Under the pieces are notes generated by a model. That model did not search any database. It worked only from the letters and a program-made list of their open reading frames with translations, and was not told where the DNA came from. Shown piece after piece: positions 1-21,005 of a stretch of DNA of 64,000 nt. Position 1 is the stretch's first letter. Each line of letters opens with the position of its first letter. The stretch is taken from the NCBI RefSeq assembly GCF_009914755.1, contig NC_060939.1, one strand, 5' to 3'. Source of the DNA: the human T2T-CHM13v2.0 reference genome, Homo sapiens. A program made the position numbers and the translations under genes.

Positions 1-476
1 GGAGGCTGAGGCAGGAGAATTGCTTGAACTGGGACCCAGGAGATGGAGGTTGTAGTGAGCCGAGATCATGCCACTGCACTCCAGCCTGGGCTAGAGTGAG
101 ACTCCAGCTCAAAAAAAAAAAAGTTGGCCAGGCACAGTATGGCTTGAGGCCAGGAGTGTGAGAGCAGCCAAGGCAACGCAGGGAGATCCCCATCTCTACA
201 AAAATTTTAAAATTAGCCAGGCACAATGGCATGCACCTGCAGTCCCAGCTACTCAGGAGGCTGAGGCAGGAGGATCCCTTAAGCCCAGGAGTTGAAGGCT
301 GCAGTAAGCTATGATTGTGCTACTGCACTCCAGACTGGGTGACAGAGCAAGATTCTGTCCCTAAACATGAAACAAAAAAGCAAAGCGCTGGGATTACAGG
401 GTTGAGCCACCACACCCTGCCTAGATCTATTTCTAAAAGCAAAATTGTTATAAAGTAGATAAACCTATATTCTTAC

Positions 477-540
477 CATTATTGCTAACAAAATCTTCAT
501 GTAAAATAGGGAGATCAAGTCGAATTCGTTTTAAACAGGT
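477..540 (-). CDS. TIPIN: TIPIN coding exon, 64 nt ([22 protein letters not shown]); the gene continues beyond the window start
   Basis: Minus strand ttttcag|ACCTGT acceptor at 541-543 and AATG|GTAAGA donor at 476. Translation matches TIPIN and is in phase with the preceding exon. Confidence 0.96.
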
Positions 541-731
541 CTGAAAATGAAAAGAGATTATTTATTTTTACCTCTTTACCAATCATGTTGGGGGGAGATA
601 ATTTGCTATTACTTTTCCCTCTCTACCAAAAGAGATTTCAAAATGAACACTTTAAACAGCAATTTAGCCTCAACTAAATCTACCCTACCATTTAGCATGT
701 GAATGATATTTATAATCATCTCAACACTTAC

Positions 732-854
732 CTGAACTTCCTTTTTACTTCCCAGGTATTCAACTCTGTCAATAAAATCCTCAAACTGCAGTTTAGGGAA
801 TAGCCTATGTGCCCAGTGCTCCATGTGTCTGATTAGCATCTTCAAGTCTTCAGC
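732..854 (-). CDS. TIPIN: TIPIN coding exon, 123 nt ([41 protein letters not shown]; Swi3/Csm3 domain)
   Basis: Lies inside ORF 609..917(-). Acceptor ggcag|GCT, donor CAG|GTAAGT. Confidence 0.97.
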
Positions 855-1013
855 CTGCCACATAAAAATAAAAATGCTAAACAGGAGTCTCATTCTCACA
901 GCTGACCCCGTCAGCAACTTTCAGAACTGAAAAGCTATGCCAAAATCACTGGGGTCATTTTATATTTATAAGGTTGAAAAACTTATAAAAGGAACTTTAA
1001 TAAGAAAAATATT

Positions 1014-2378
<1,365 letters not shown>

Positions 2379-2944
2379 GAATATATTAGATATTAGAAAC
2401 ACTTGAAAAACTACAAAACTCTCTAAAAATATACTATCATCTGCAAAAAATTATACCTACACTCCTACATAATTCAAAAATAGATTTCAAAATGTGCATT
2501 TGTAAAGTGATTCACAGTTACTAAATGTATTCATTTTTTAACCACACTTTACTGACATTTATTATGAACCAGGCACTGTGCCACATCTTGGGGACACATA
2601 AGTGACTGATACAGGCAGAGTCCTTGCCCTCATGAAATTTAAAACTTTGAGGTAGACAAAGTAAATTTTATTCCTGTAAATTATAAAATAAAAACTGAGA
2701 CTTTACAGACACAGGTGTGATTTTCCTATAGCCAAGGTTTAAGCAGCAAAAAATGAGACTGCACAAGACATGCTTTCTAATTCTTCAAACAGTTCCCTTT
2801 CTAGTACATCACAACTGTTTCTCAAGACATACGACGACTAAGGATAGTATCTTAAAGCATTCTGAGATTTCCAAGATCATAATGGGTCCACATTTTTATT
2901 GCTATTTTAAAAAACAAAGGTCTAACATAAAAATCAGTTCTTAC

Positions 2945-3020
2945 CTCATGACCTTTACCTTTGAATTTTGCCTTATCAAATACATGCCTTAAGGCTGGAA
3001 GTCCTCTCTCTGAAATTAAT
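2945..3020 (-). CDS. TIPIN: TIPIN coding exon, 76 nt ([26 protein letters not shown])
   Basis: Acceptor cacag|ATTAATT, donor GAG|GTAAGA; phase matches both neighbours. Confidence 0.96.
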
Positions 3021-3060
3021 CTGTGAATAAAAGTATGTTTTTAATTTCAAGTTTTATTTT

Positions 3061-3360
3061 CTTTTTTTTTTTTTTTGAGACGGAGTCTCACTCTGTCGCC
3101 CAGGCTGGGATGCGGTGGCGCGATCTCGGGTCACTGCAAGCTCGGCCTCCCCCAGGTTCACGTCATTCTCCTGCCTCAGCCTCCCAAGTAGCTGGGACTA
3201 CAGGCACCCACCACTGCACCCAGCTAATTTTTTGTATTTTTAGTAGAGACGGGGTTTCACCGTATTAGCCAGGATGGTCTCAATCTCCTGACCTCGTGAT
3301 CCGCCCACGTAGGCCTCCCAAAGAGCTGGGATTATAGGCGTGAGCTAACCACGCCCAGCC
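3061..3360 (-). mobile_element. Young (AluY-like) Alu with target-site duplication TAATTTCAAGTTTT
   Basis: Full dimer; the same flank sequence occurs at about 3042 and 3361. Confidence 0.9.
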
Positions 3361-3550
3361 TAATTTCAAGTTTTCTAGAGTTTGGTCCAAAGCAAGACCA
3401 TAAGAAAAAATATGTTCTGCTGAACTAAAAAAAAGTTTTTAGAAATATAAGAGCTCCACATCATACCAACCAAAAGTTTATAACATTAGAAGAAAAACAA
3501 TGGATATTAAAAATAAAAAGTATAAATGTATAAGAATATAGTAAATGTAC

Positions 3551-3629
3551 CTCTGAGCATCCAGCTTGGGTATATTTCTTTTAACTGTTCTCTTTGGAGG
3601 TACAGGAACAGGTGCTCCATTTCCTGACT
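3551..3629 (-). CDS. TIPIN: TIPIN coding exon, 79 nt ([27 protein letters not shown])
   Basis: Acceptor ttcaccag|AGTCAGG, donor CAGAG|GTACA; phase matches both neighbours. Confidence 0.95.
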
Positions 3630-4236
3630 CTGGTGAAACAAACCACGATTCAGTATTACTGTACTTAAATGATTTGTATTATTTATTATGTATCATTTCC
3701 AAGCTGATAAGATAACTAAACATGGGACACCTTTTTTTGAAACAGGGTCTCACTCTGTTGCCCATGCTGGAGTGCAGTGGTGCGATCTTGGCTCACTGCA
3801 GCCTCAAACTCCTAGGCTCAAGAGATTCTTCTGCCTCAGTATCCCGAGTACCTGGAAGTACAGGTGCTGCCTACCACACCCGGCTAATTTTTAAATCTTT
3901 AGTAGAGTTGAGGTCTCGCCAGGCTGGTCTTGAACTCCTGGGCTCAAGCCATCCTCCTGCCTCGGCCTCCCAAAGTGCTGGGATTACAGGCAGGACCCAC
4001 TGTGCCCAGCCTCCTTTTTTTTCTTTTTTCTCCTCAAATACCTTTTACCACAGCCACCACACCCCGGCTAATTTTTGTATTTTTAGTAGAGACGGGATTT
4101 CACCATGTTGGCCAGGCTGGTCTCAAATTCCTGACCTTGTGATCCGCCCGCCTCAGCATCCCAAAGTGCTGGAATTACAGGCATGAGCCACCGTGCCTGG
4201 CCTCACAGCCTCCTTTTTAAAACTCTCTATACATAC

Positions 4237-4369
4237 CTTCATCAGGCTCAGTTCCTTCACCATCTTGTCTCTCTGGAGAGGCTGGAGGTGGGAAAGGAGG
4301 AAAAGTTTCATCTTCTACATGCTCATAATCTGGTAGGTCAATCACGCCATTCTCCTGTGGTTCTAGCAT
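4237..4369 (-). CDS. TIPIN: TIPIN first coding exon, 133 coding nt ([45 protein letters not shown]); exon begins at 4377 with 8 nt of 5' UTR
   Basis: ATG at 4369-4367 in AAG ATG C context; acceptor ttttttcccctag|AGGAAAAG; donor GAAG|GTATGT. Confidence 0.96.
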
Positions 4370-5450
4370 CTTTTCCTCTAGGGGAAAAAATTAAAGTTAT
4401 TTGTATTCATCCAAAATAGTCTCCACTATATAGACAAGTTCTACCTGCAGCCATTTCATGTGTTTCAATCAGTTAGACCACATTTCAAACTCACACATCA
4501 TGAAAAGTAGAGAAGATACTAATTATGAAAAAAAAGACTAGCCTAGAAATCTAAGTTCCAATGTAGACCCTAACACTAAATAACTATATCATTTTGAACA
4601 AATCCTTTTACCTCAACTATTGAGTTTCCCCTACCATAAAAAGATGAATTTGACTTTTCAGAGGGTTTCAAACTGTGATCCAATAGGGTATGAAATACGC
4701 AGGATATAGGTACTTCACCCCCACTTCAATTAGAGCTGCTTAAAAAAAAAAAATCTGGGCTGGGCGCGGTGGCTCACGCCTGTAATCCCAGCACTTTGGG
4801 AGGCCGAGGCGGGCGGATCACGAGGTCAGGAGATCGAGACCATCCTGGCTACACGGTGAAACCCCGTCTCTACTAAAAATACAAAAAATTATCCAGGCGT
4901 GGTGGCGGGCGCTTGTAGTCCCATCCACTCGGCAGGCTGGGGCAGGAGAATGGCGTGAATCCAGGAGGCGGAGCTTGCAGTAAGCCAAGATGCCGCCACT
5001 GCACTCCAGCCTGGGCGACAGACCAACACTCTGTCTCAAAAAAAAAAAAAAAAATCTGTTTATATACACCTACTACGTGCCCACAAAAATTAAAAATAAA
5101 AAAAAATTTTTAAATGTGTTTACATATTGGTCTTCTAGGTAAGGTTTCCTGAATGGGAAATTATCCTCAGGTTGATAACTCGAAAGAATGTTTTTCAGTA
5201 CTGCCTTACTTAACTTCTCAATAACAACTGACACTTTTGGTCAGTTTTTTTCTGGGAAAAATGTTTACCTTAACTTCTAAGACATGCCGGTAATCCCAGC
5301 AGGAGGCAGAGGCAGACGGACCATGAGGTCAGGAGTTCGAGACCAGCCTGGCCAACACAGTGAAACCCCGTCTCTACTAAAAATATAAAAAAAATTTAGC
5401 CAGGTGTTGTGGCACGCACCTGTAGTCCCAGCTACTCAGGAGGCTGAGGC

Positions 5451-6790
<1,340 letters not shown>

Positions 6791-6952
6791 GCAAAAAAAA
6801 ATTCCAGTTTCCCCAAATTGGAGTTAGACGATCTTTAAAATCTCACTAATTCTAAATTTCGGTTACCATAAATATAAAAGCAAAGCATCGGCTGGGCGCG
6901 GTGGCTCACGCCGGTAATCCCAGCACTATGGGAGGCAGAGGCGGACGGATCA

Positions 6953-7189
<237 letters not shown>

Positions 7190-7759
7190 TCAATTCCTGA
7201 TCATGACCCACTGTAACTTCAAGCAAGCTACAAGAATCTATACTAGGGTTCAGACCTTTGAGGCTGACAGCGAGCTTTGAGTTTGATGACAGTACCTAAA
7301 ATATATTAAGTGTACTCAGGAACTGGCCAAGCATGGGGTGGGGCTTGTCAGGAAACTGGTATTTCTTTCTTCTATTTGTAGTGAATAAGATGCTCAATAG
7401 ACGACTTTTACTCCTCGTCAATGGTCGCATAACTGTCTCTTTTTAGACACTTATGAAATTGTCTGAACTTCCTCCTCTACTTCTCCAACTCCCAGAAGAG
7501 TGAAGGTAACAAATGTTATGTCCAAACCACGGTTTGTTCCCAGACCCTGGTTTCCAATGCCCACCTCTTTTCCAAGAAGTCCAAAGAGACGCCCCTCATC
7601 GCAAAGGAAGTGCTACCGTGCTGCCTCGATGTCCCCCTTGGGTGCCATCCCTGAAACATCGAACCTCCCATACCTCTTCTCCAGCCGTCCCCCTCATCCT
7701 CGTTCCCCGCCTACCCTCTCTTCAACTTCATTCATTCATCCAACATTCGCTGGGGGATT

Positions 7760-8310
7760 TCTACATTGACACGCCCCGGACAGAAGCCTGGGGTAAAGAT
7801 GATCAGGAACACGTTCCCTCCCGCTAAGCGGCTTGGCAGAGTAAGAGGCATCCCAAAACCTAAGCAACCGGGACACGCGCCCACCTCCCCGCCTCTCCAG
7901 GCCGGGTCAGGTCGACCCCCCAACCTCCTGACCCCCTTCCTGCGACAATTAGGCTTTCCCGCTAGTCTGTCTGGCTCCCTGGCTCTTCCATCTGGCTCCC
8001 TGGCTAGTCCGACTCCCCTCTCCCCGCAAGAACTTCATTGGCCCGCCAGCCAGCTCTCACCTCACGCAGAAAACACGGGACACAGCGCGGACCTCGGCGT
8101 GCAGACTAAGCGCGCTTCTCGCGATACTCGGGAACTCCTGGGGCGAGAAGGGCCCGCAGCGTTTGGCGCCAAATCCGTGCGGGGGGCTGGGCGGAGCCTG
8201 CAAAACCCGCCTCTCAGGTTCCGCCCAGCACGCCGGTCCCGCCTTCGGTCCCACAATTTCCGCCCTACTGAATTCTTCAGAGGAACTCAGTTAAGCCTCC
8301 TTATTTGCAT
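7760..8310 (-). promoter_or_regulatory. TIPIN CpG-island promoter
   Basis: CpG-dense, non-repetitive. Palindromic E2F site TTTGGCGCCAAA at 8162-8173, TCTCGCGATA at 8117-8126, several CCGCC/GGCGG GC boxes at 8189-8266, octamer ATTTGCAT at 8303-8310. Confidence 0.85.
8061..8135 (-). other. TIPIN: TIPIN non-coding exon 1 (proximal promoter); 5' end approximate
   Basis: Strong donor GTGAG|GTGAGA at 8061/8060 inside a CpG island, just downstream (minus strand) of E2F and GC-box motifs. Confidence 0.75.
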
Positions 8311-9263
8311 AAAGTTAATACTTGTTATTCTGGGGTTTTTCTTTTTTTTTTTTCTTGAGACTAAGTCTCGCTCTATCACTCAGGCTGGAGAGCAGTGATT
8401 CGATCTCGGCTGACTACAGTCTCTACCTCCCGGGCTGAAACGATCCTCCCACCTCAGCCTCCCTTCCCCGACTAACACCACCACACCGAATTTTTGTTTT
8501 AATGGGTTTTTGTTTGTTTGTTTGTTTGTTTTGCAAAGACGGGGATTAGTTGCCCAGGCTGGTGTCGAACTCCTTAGCTCAAGCGATCTTCCCACCTCAG
8601 CTTCCCAAAGTGCTGGGATTACAGGCGTGAGCCACTGTGCCCGGCACTTTAAACCTTGGAAATAGGTCTCGGTTTTTGGAAAACTGAGTTGTGGGAGGAG
8701 GAAAAAGGACAGAGGCAAGCAATAGTGAATAAGAAATTACCGCTTCTTCAGAGTTCATAGCAGAATGCTTCGAACTCAGAGTTTTATGAATTGTTTATTG
8801 AATAATAAGCTGAGAAAAGAGGTGGTAAAGAGAGGAAAAATAGGGCTGAACATAGACACTGGCCAGGTGCGGTGTGGCTCGCCTGTAATCCCAGCACTTT
8901 GGGAGGCCCAGGCAGGCGAATGGCTTGAGCCCAGAAGTTGAAGGCGGCAGTGACTAGGATCGCACTGCTGGCGATCCAGCTGGAGATCCAGTCTGGGTGA
9001 CAGTGAGACCTTGTCGCAAAAAAAAAAAAAAAAAAAAGCGAGAGAGTGTGAATGTAAACAAAAAAAAATGTCAAAAATATGTTACTTGGGGCCGGGTGCA
9101 GTGGCTCACGCCTGTAATCCCAGCACTTTGGGAGGCCGAGGCGGGCAGATCACGAGGTCAGGAATTCGAGACCAGCCTAGCCAACGTGGTGAAACCCCAT
9201 CTCTACTAAAAATACAAAAATTAGCCGGGCGTGGTGGCGCGCACCTGTAATTCCAGCTACTTA

Positions 9264-9383
<120 letters not shown>

Positions 9384-10159
9384 TTATTTGGTCAGACTTG
9401 GTGGCTCATGCCTGTAATCTTAGCACTTTGAGAGGCTGACGCAGGAGGATTGTTTGAGCCCAGGAATTCAAAACCAGCCTGGGCAACATACTGAGACCCT
9501 GTCTCTATTAAAAAGAAAAAACATTTTTTAAAAAGTTAACTTTTCCATTTTTAAATAGTAAGTCCAAATATATTTGTATTTGTTTGTATACACACAAACA
9601 TACACACACAACCTCAGAAAAATATATAACTAGAACCTATGCAATGAAAGTGGCATATGGGATAGAGTGGGATGGGAACTTAACTATAATTTTTTTTGAA
9701 CATACAAATGTATTAACTATTCAAAAAACTAAATTTAAAAATGTTATCTGAAGCAAATATAGCATCATTAAGATTTGCCAAACCTAGAAGATAATTAGGG
9801 AATACTGGCAGCATTATTCTCTCCACTTTTCTTTCTTTCTCTCTGTCTTTTTTTTTTTTTCTTCTTTGAGATGGTCTCACTTTGTTGCTGAGGCTGGAAT
9901 GCAGTGGTGCGATCACAGCTAGAATCAGGTGATCCTCCCTCCCCAGCCTCCCAGGTAACTGGCACTACAGGCTCGCACCACCACACCCAGCTAATTTTTT
10001 AAATTTTTTGTAGAGATGGGAGTTTCGCCATGTTGCCCAGGCTGGTCTCCAACGCCTGGTCTCCAGCGATCCTCCCCTCCTCAGCCTCCCAAGGTGTTGG
10101 GATTACAGGCGTGAGCCACCGCACCCAGCTACTTTTCTGTAGCTTGAAACATTTTATTA

Positions 10160-10630
<471 letters not shown>

Positions 10631-12103
10631 TTACCAATTCTGTCTAAAATTATGTGTGCACATGTATCTATGTGTCACATTTCCTTTATTTTATGATTTT
10701 ATTTCTATACTTGTGAGATAATATATATTAATATTAAGCAATTAATAAAATTAACATAAATTTAGTTTTTTTTGTTTTTGAGACAGATTCTTATTCTGTC
10801 ACCCAGGGTGGAGTGCAGTGGTGCAATCTTGGCTCACTGCAGCCTCGATCTCCTGGGTTCAAGAGATTCTCTGCCTCAGCCACTCGAATATCTGGGATTA
10901 CAGGCAGGCACCACCATTCCCGGCTAATTTTTGTGTTTTTTGTATTTAGTAGAGATGGGGTTTCACCATGTTGGTCGGGCTGGTCTCAAACTGACCTCAA
11001 GTGATCCATCCACCTCAGCCTACCAAAGTGCTGGGATTACAGGCGTGAGTCACCTCACCAGGCCTAAAAGTTACATGAATTTGAATGAGAAATGTCCATT
11101 TCAGTAGTCTGAATTGTTGAGACAAGAGGCATTCTTTTAATTATCCAGGTAAGTTTATATACTATACTTTTTGACTAATAAAGTAAATGTAAAAGCACTC
11201 TGAGAAGTTAAAAAAAGTTATACACCTTCCCCACGCCGCCCCCAGCCTGCCAAAAACGAACAGAGCAGATACTGATACTCTTGAAGGTTTAAATCTCAGT
11301 TCCGTCATTTACTGGTTGGTGACTTTTAACTCTGATTCAGTTTCCTTTTTTTATTTTTGATCACCTGAGTTGGAGTGCAGTGACACAATCATAGCTCACT
11401 GTAACCGTGAACTTCTGATCTCAGGTGATCTTCCTAACTAGGCCTCCCAAAGTCCTGGGATTATAGACATGAGTCACCCCGTCTAACCCAGTTTCCTCAT
11501 AGGGTTGTAAAGAGGAGTAAAAAACCATATTTAATGGTATGTTACTGTAGTATCGCAGGTACTTCAGAGTCTGAGGCAGGAGGATTACTTGAGCCCAGGA
11601 GGTCAAGGCCAGCCTGAGCAACATAGGGACATCCTATCCCTAAAAAATAAAAATAAAAGTAAAAGACATTAATACATTTTATATAACTATCCATATGATT
11701 TTTGGAATGTTTCACCCTTTCAGAAAATGTAAAGATTTTGGCCGGGCATAGTGGCTCACACCTGTAATCCCACCACTTTGGGAGGCTGAGACAGTAGGAT
11801 TGCTTGAGTCCAGGAGTCCCGGACCAGCCTGGGCAACATGGTAAAACCCCATCGCTACAAAAAAGCAGGAAAAGAAAATGTAAAGATTTTGTTAACTAAT
11901 TGTTTGTTGTTTTATCTGAGTTACAACCACAGTTGTCAGTCATTGATATTGTCAATAACTAATTGTCCACCGGATGCAGAGGCTCCCGTCTGTAATCCCA
12001 GCACTTTGGGAGGCCAAGGCAGGTGGATCACTTGAGGCCAGGAGTTCAAGACCAGTCTGGCCAAAATAGTGAAACACCGTCTCTACTGAAAAAACAAAAA
12101 TTA

Positions 12104-12853
<750 letters not shown>

Positions 12854-13313
12854 TAGTAGAGACGGGGTTTCACCGTGTTAGCCAGGATGGTCTCAATCTC
12901 CTGACCTTGTGATCTGCCCACCTGGGCCTCCCAAAGTGCTGAGATTACAGGTGTGTGCCACTGTGCCCCACCTGTAATTTAAAAAAAAAACAAAAAAACA
13001 GCAAAAAGCAAGAACCTATTGTCTTCTTTTCATACATGAGGAATATAAGAATATGTTTTTCTTAGCCATTTCACCGGAGATATAAAATATAGTTTTCCTA
13101 CAGACCGTGTCATTAAAACTCTTTTAAAAGAGTTTAACGTTTTAGGCCAGACACGGTGGCTCATGCCTGTAACCCCAGCACTTTGGGAGGCTGAGGCGGG
13201 CAGATCACCTGAGGCCAGGAGTTTGAGACCAGCCTGACCAACACGGAGAAACCCCTTCTCTACTGAAAATACAAGTTAGCTGGGTGTGGTGGTGCATGCC
13301 TGTAGGAGAATCA

Positions 13314-13720
<407 letters not shown>

Positions 13721-14954
13721 CTAAAAAAAAAAAAAGAAGAAGAAGACTTTTGAAAGACCAAAAATTGAATATAGTGTCAGACTTTTTCTAGCAGGGAACC
13801 CAGTCCACCACAAATCTATATAGGCTCTCAGAGATCAGGTTTGAAAGAAGAGAAATGGAGGCTGGGCACGGTTTCACGCCTGTAATCACAGCACTTTGGG
13901 AGGCCGAGGCTGGCAGATCACTTGAGGTCTGGAGTTCAAGACCAGCCTGGCCAACATGGGGAAACCCCATCTCGACTAAAAATACAAAAATTAGCCAGGT
14001 CTGGTGGCACATGCCAGTAGTCTCAGCTGCTCGGGAGGCTGAGGCAGGAGACTGGCATTAACACGGGAGGCAGACGTTGCAGTGAACCAAGATCAGGTCA
14101 CTGCACTCCAACCTAGGCGACAGAAAAGACTACATCTCAAAAAATAAATAAGTAAATAAAAATAAAAAGAAAAGAAATGGAGTCTCTTAAAACCAAAAGA
14201 CCATGAACTATCTCAATCCCACATTAAAAAAGCAAAATCCCTGAGTCTTCTTTATTGGCTAGTGTTTTTTGGATTTATCACTTGTGTAAGTGCTGGGTTG
14301 CCAGTGATAGTGGTCTGCTGTGTATTTGAGGGACTCCATCTCAGGATTCTGACATATACTTGCCCCCACCTGTACACCACATGCCCAAACTGGCATGCCC
14401 AAACTAGCACCCATTCAGAGCTGCAGCAGCATTAACAATTCAGTTGGGCAGGCCAGAGAGTTAAGATCAGTTCAGCTGCAAATGATGGGGGGAAGATCCC
14501 AAAAACTAAATAGAGACTGGGTGCGGTGGTTCACATCTGTAATCCCAGCACTTTGGGAATCTGAAGCAAAAGGGTCTCCTGAGGCCAGGAGTTCAAGACC
14601 AGCCTGGGCAACATAGTGAGACCTTGTCTCTGAAAAGTAAAAATAGGCCAGGTGTGGTGGCTCACGCCTGTAATCCCAGACTTTGGGAGGCCGAGGCGGG
14701 CGGATTGCCTGAGGTCAGGAGTTCGAGACCAGCCTGGCCAACATGGTGAAACGCCGTCTCTACTAAAAATACAAAAATTAGGCCGGGCACGGTGGCTCAC
14801 ATCTATGATCCCAGCACTTTGGGAGGCCGAGGCGGGCGGATCACGAGGTCAGGAGATCGAGACCATCCTGGCTAACATGGTGAAACCCCGTCTCTACTAA
14901 AATGTAAAAAATTAGCTGGGCGTGGTGGCCGGCACCTGTAGTCCCAGCTACTCA

Positions 14955-15056
<102 letters not shown>

Positions 15057-15089
15057 TCATTTAAAAGCATGCTGGCAACCTCTGCTTTC

Positions 15090-15802
<713 letters not shown>

Positions 15803-15889
15803 TGAACTCCTGACCTCGTGATCTGCCCGCCTCGGCTTCCCAGTGTTCTGGCATTACAGGCATAAGCCCATGCCCAGCCAAGAAGTCTT

Positions 15890-16448
15890 TCATGAAGGAA
15901 AGAGTAAAGACAAGCAACCATAAAGGACAAGGACCCTCTAAAGTTCCACTAAAAAATCAACTTGCAAAAGGCAGATTAATAAGAGAAAAGGATTACAAAT
16001 GTATTCAACATGTATACACTGGGGCATTCCGAATGAAGACTCAAAAATACAGGGCAAAATATTTTTATGCTTGGGTTCAACAAAGTATGGAGAGGCATGT
16101 AGAAATGTAATTGGAGGCTCACACTTCTAATCCCAGCACTTTGGGAGGCCGAGGCAGGCAGATCACCTGAGGCCAGGAGTTCGAGACTAGCCTGACTAAC
16201 ATGGTGAAACCTCGTCTCTACTAAAATACAAAAATTAGCTGGGTGTGGTGGCAGGCGCCTGTAATCCCAGCTACTTAGGAGGCTGAGGCAGGAGAATTGC
16301 TTGAACCCGAGAGGGAGAAGTTGCAGTGAGCTGAGATCACGTCACTGCATTCCAGCCTGGGTGACAAGAGTGAAACTCCATCTCAAAAAAAAAAAAAAAG
16401 AAAAAGAAAAAGAAAAAGAAAGAAAAGAAAGAAATATAATTGGAGAAA
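15890..16448. mobile_element. Probable ERV1-class LTR fragment split by an Alu (~16116-16430)
   Basis: AAAAGGCAGATTAATAAGAGAAAAGG...CAAATGTATT resembles MER4-group LTRs. Alu flanks AGAAAT(G/A)TAATTGGAG. Subfamily not determined. Confidence 0.45.
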
Positions 16449-17416
<968 letters not shown>

Positions 17417-17585
17417 TCTTCCTGGCGACCACAAAGGGACAATATTGGAGAATCACCCTACCCAAAAGAAATATACTGCAGCATGAATTGCCCACCTCTT
17501 GTTAAGTGGTGGAGTATATTTTATCCCAGGTAAAAGGCAGAATTGAGTTAGAGACCCAATTTAGGAGAGTTAGAGTCCCTCCCAA
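17417..17585 (+). mobile_element. MER41 internal leader stub with tRNA-Arg primer-binding site (17423-17440)
   Basis: TGGCGACCACAAAGGGAC immediately after the LTR end; one mismatch to the complement of a tRNA-Arg(TCG) 3' end as I recall it (TGGCGACCACGAAGGGAC). Confidence 0.7.
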
Positions 17586-17604
17586 AAAAAAAAAACTGGG
17601 GGTT

Positions 17605-19995
<2,391 letters not shown>

Positions 19996-20755
19996 TAAAA
20001 ATATAGTCTATAAACTAAGTTTGAATGGCACCTAGATTTGCCAGTTTCTGTGTTAGGCCCCAAATCCATAGAACTCAAAAGAAGTATGGATTATGATATA
20101 TCCAAATATATTGAATTTATGCAAAATATGGCTTGCTATAACTTGAAATTGAAGGTGAGTATCAAAACTGGAGAAAGGTATGATAGACAAAGGAAAAATA
20201 ATCATATTATTGTTTTTTGGCATAATCAAGACGTTTAATTAGAGATATTTGAAAATGTCCTAGCCAAACAAACCTACTAACAATCGATAAAACTAATTTT
20301 ACCTATCTACTCTTTGGCAAGATACCAGAGACTTTTTAAAAGATCATGGGTCTGGCAATCAGATGATGTCCCTGTTCTAACCCTAACTAGCTGTGCGACC
20401 TTGGAGGACATCACTGAACTCTCTGAAGCTGAGTTTTCCTATTTATAAAGTGGGCTGCCTGAACACCAGGACCTCTAAAATTCGGCTCTAAAATTCTAAG
20501 ATGAATTCAGTCTCCCACTCTTTAAATGCAAAAGCCGCATCTCAGGTGCCAGTCTAGGATCCAGTTACAAAGGTCTATCTATTTAGAGAAAGCATAGAGG
20601 GGAGCAAGGATAAATAGCTGCATGGTTCAGCGGTAATCATAATGACACAACAATGTTATCATTATAATAACAAGTTTATATTTTATGAGGCTGTACAATT
20701 AAAGCAATCTGGCACATTGCACAGAAGAGATTCCTTGCTCCCTGGGAGTATATAA

Positions 20756-21005
<250 letters not shown>

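Noticed and set aside
609-917. 102-aa ORF treated as a single-exon gene
   Set aside because: Only 732-854 is TIPIN exon; the flanks are intronic read-through.
7766-8398. 210-aa plus-strand ORF across the TIPIN promoter
   Set aside because: GC-rich CpG-island sequence poor in stop codons, ending in an Alu; no recognisable domain.
17423-17440. tRNA gene
   Set aside because: Only the 18-nt complement of a tRNA 3' end (retroviral PBS); no cloverleaf or A/B boxes.
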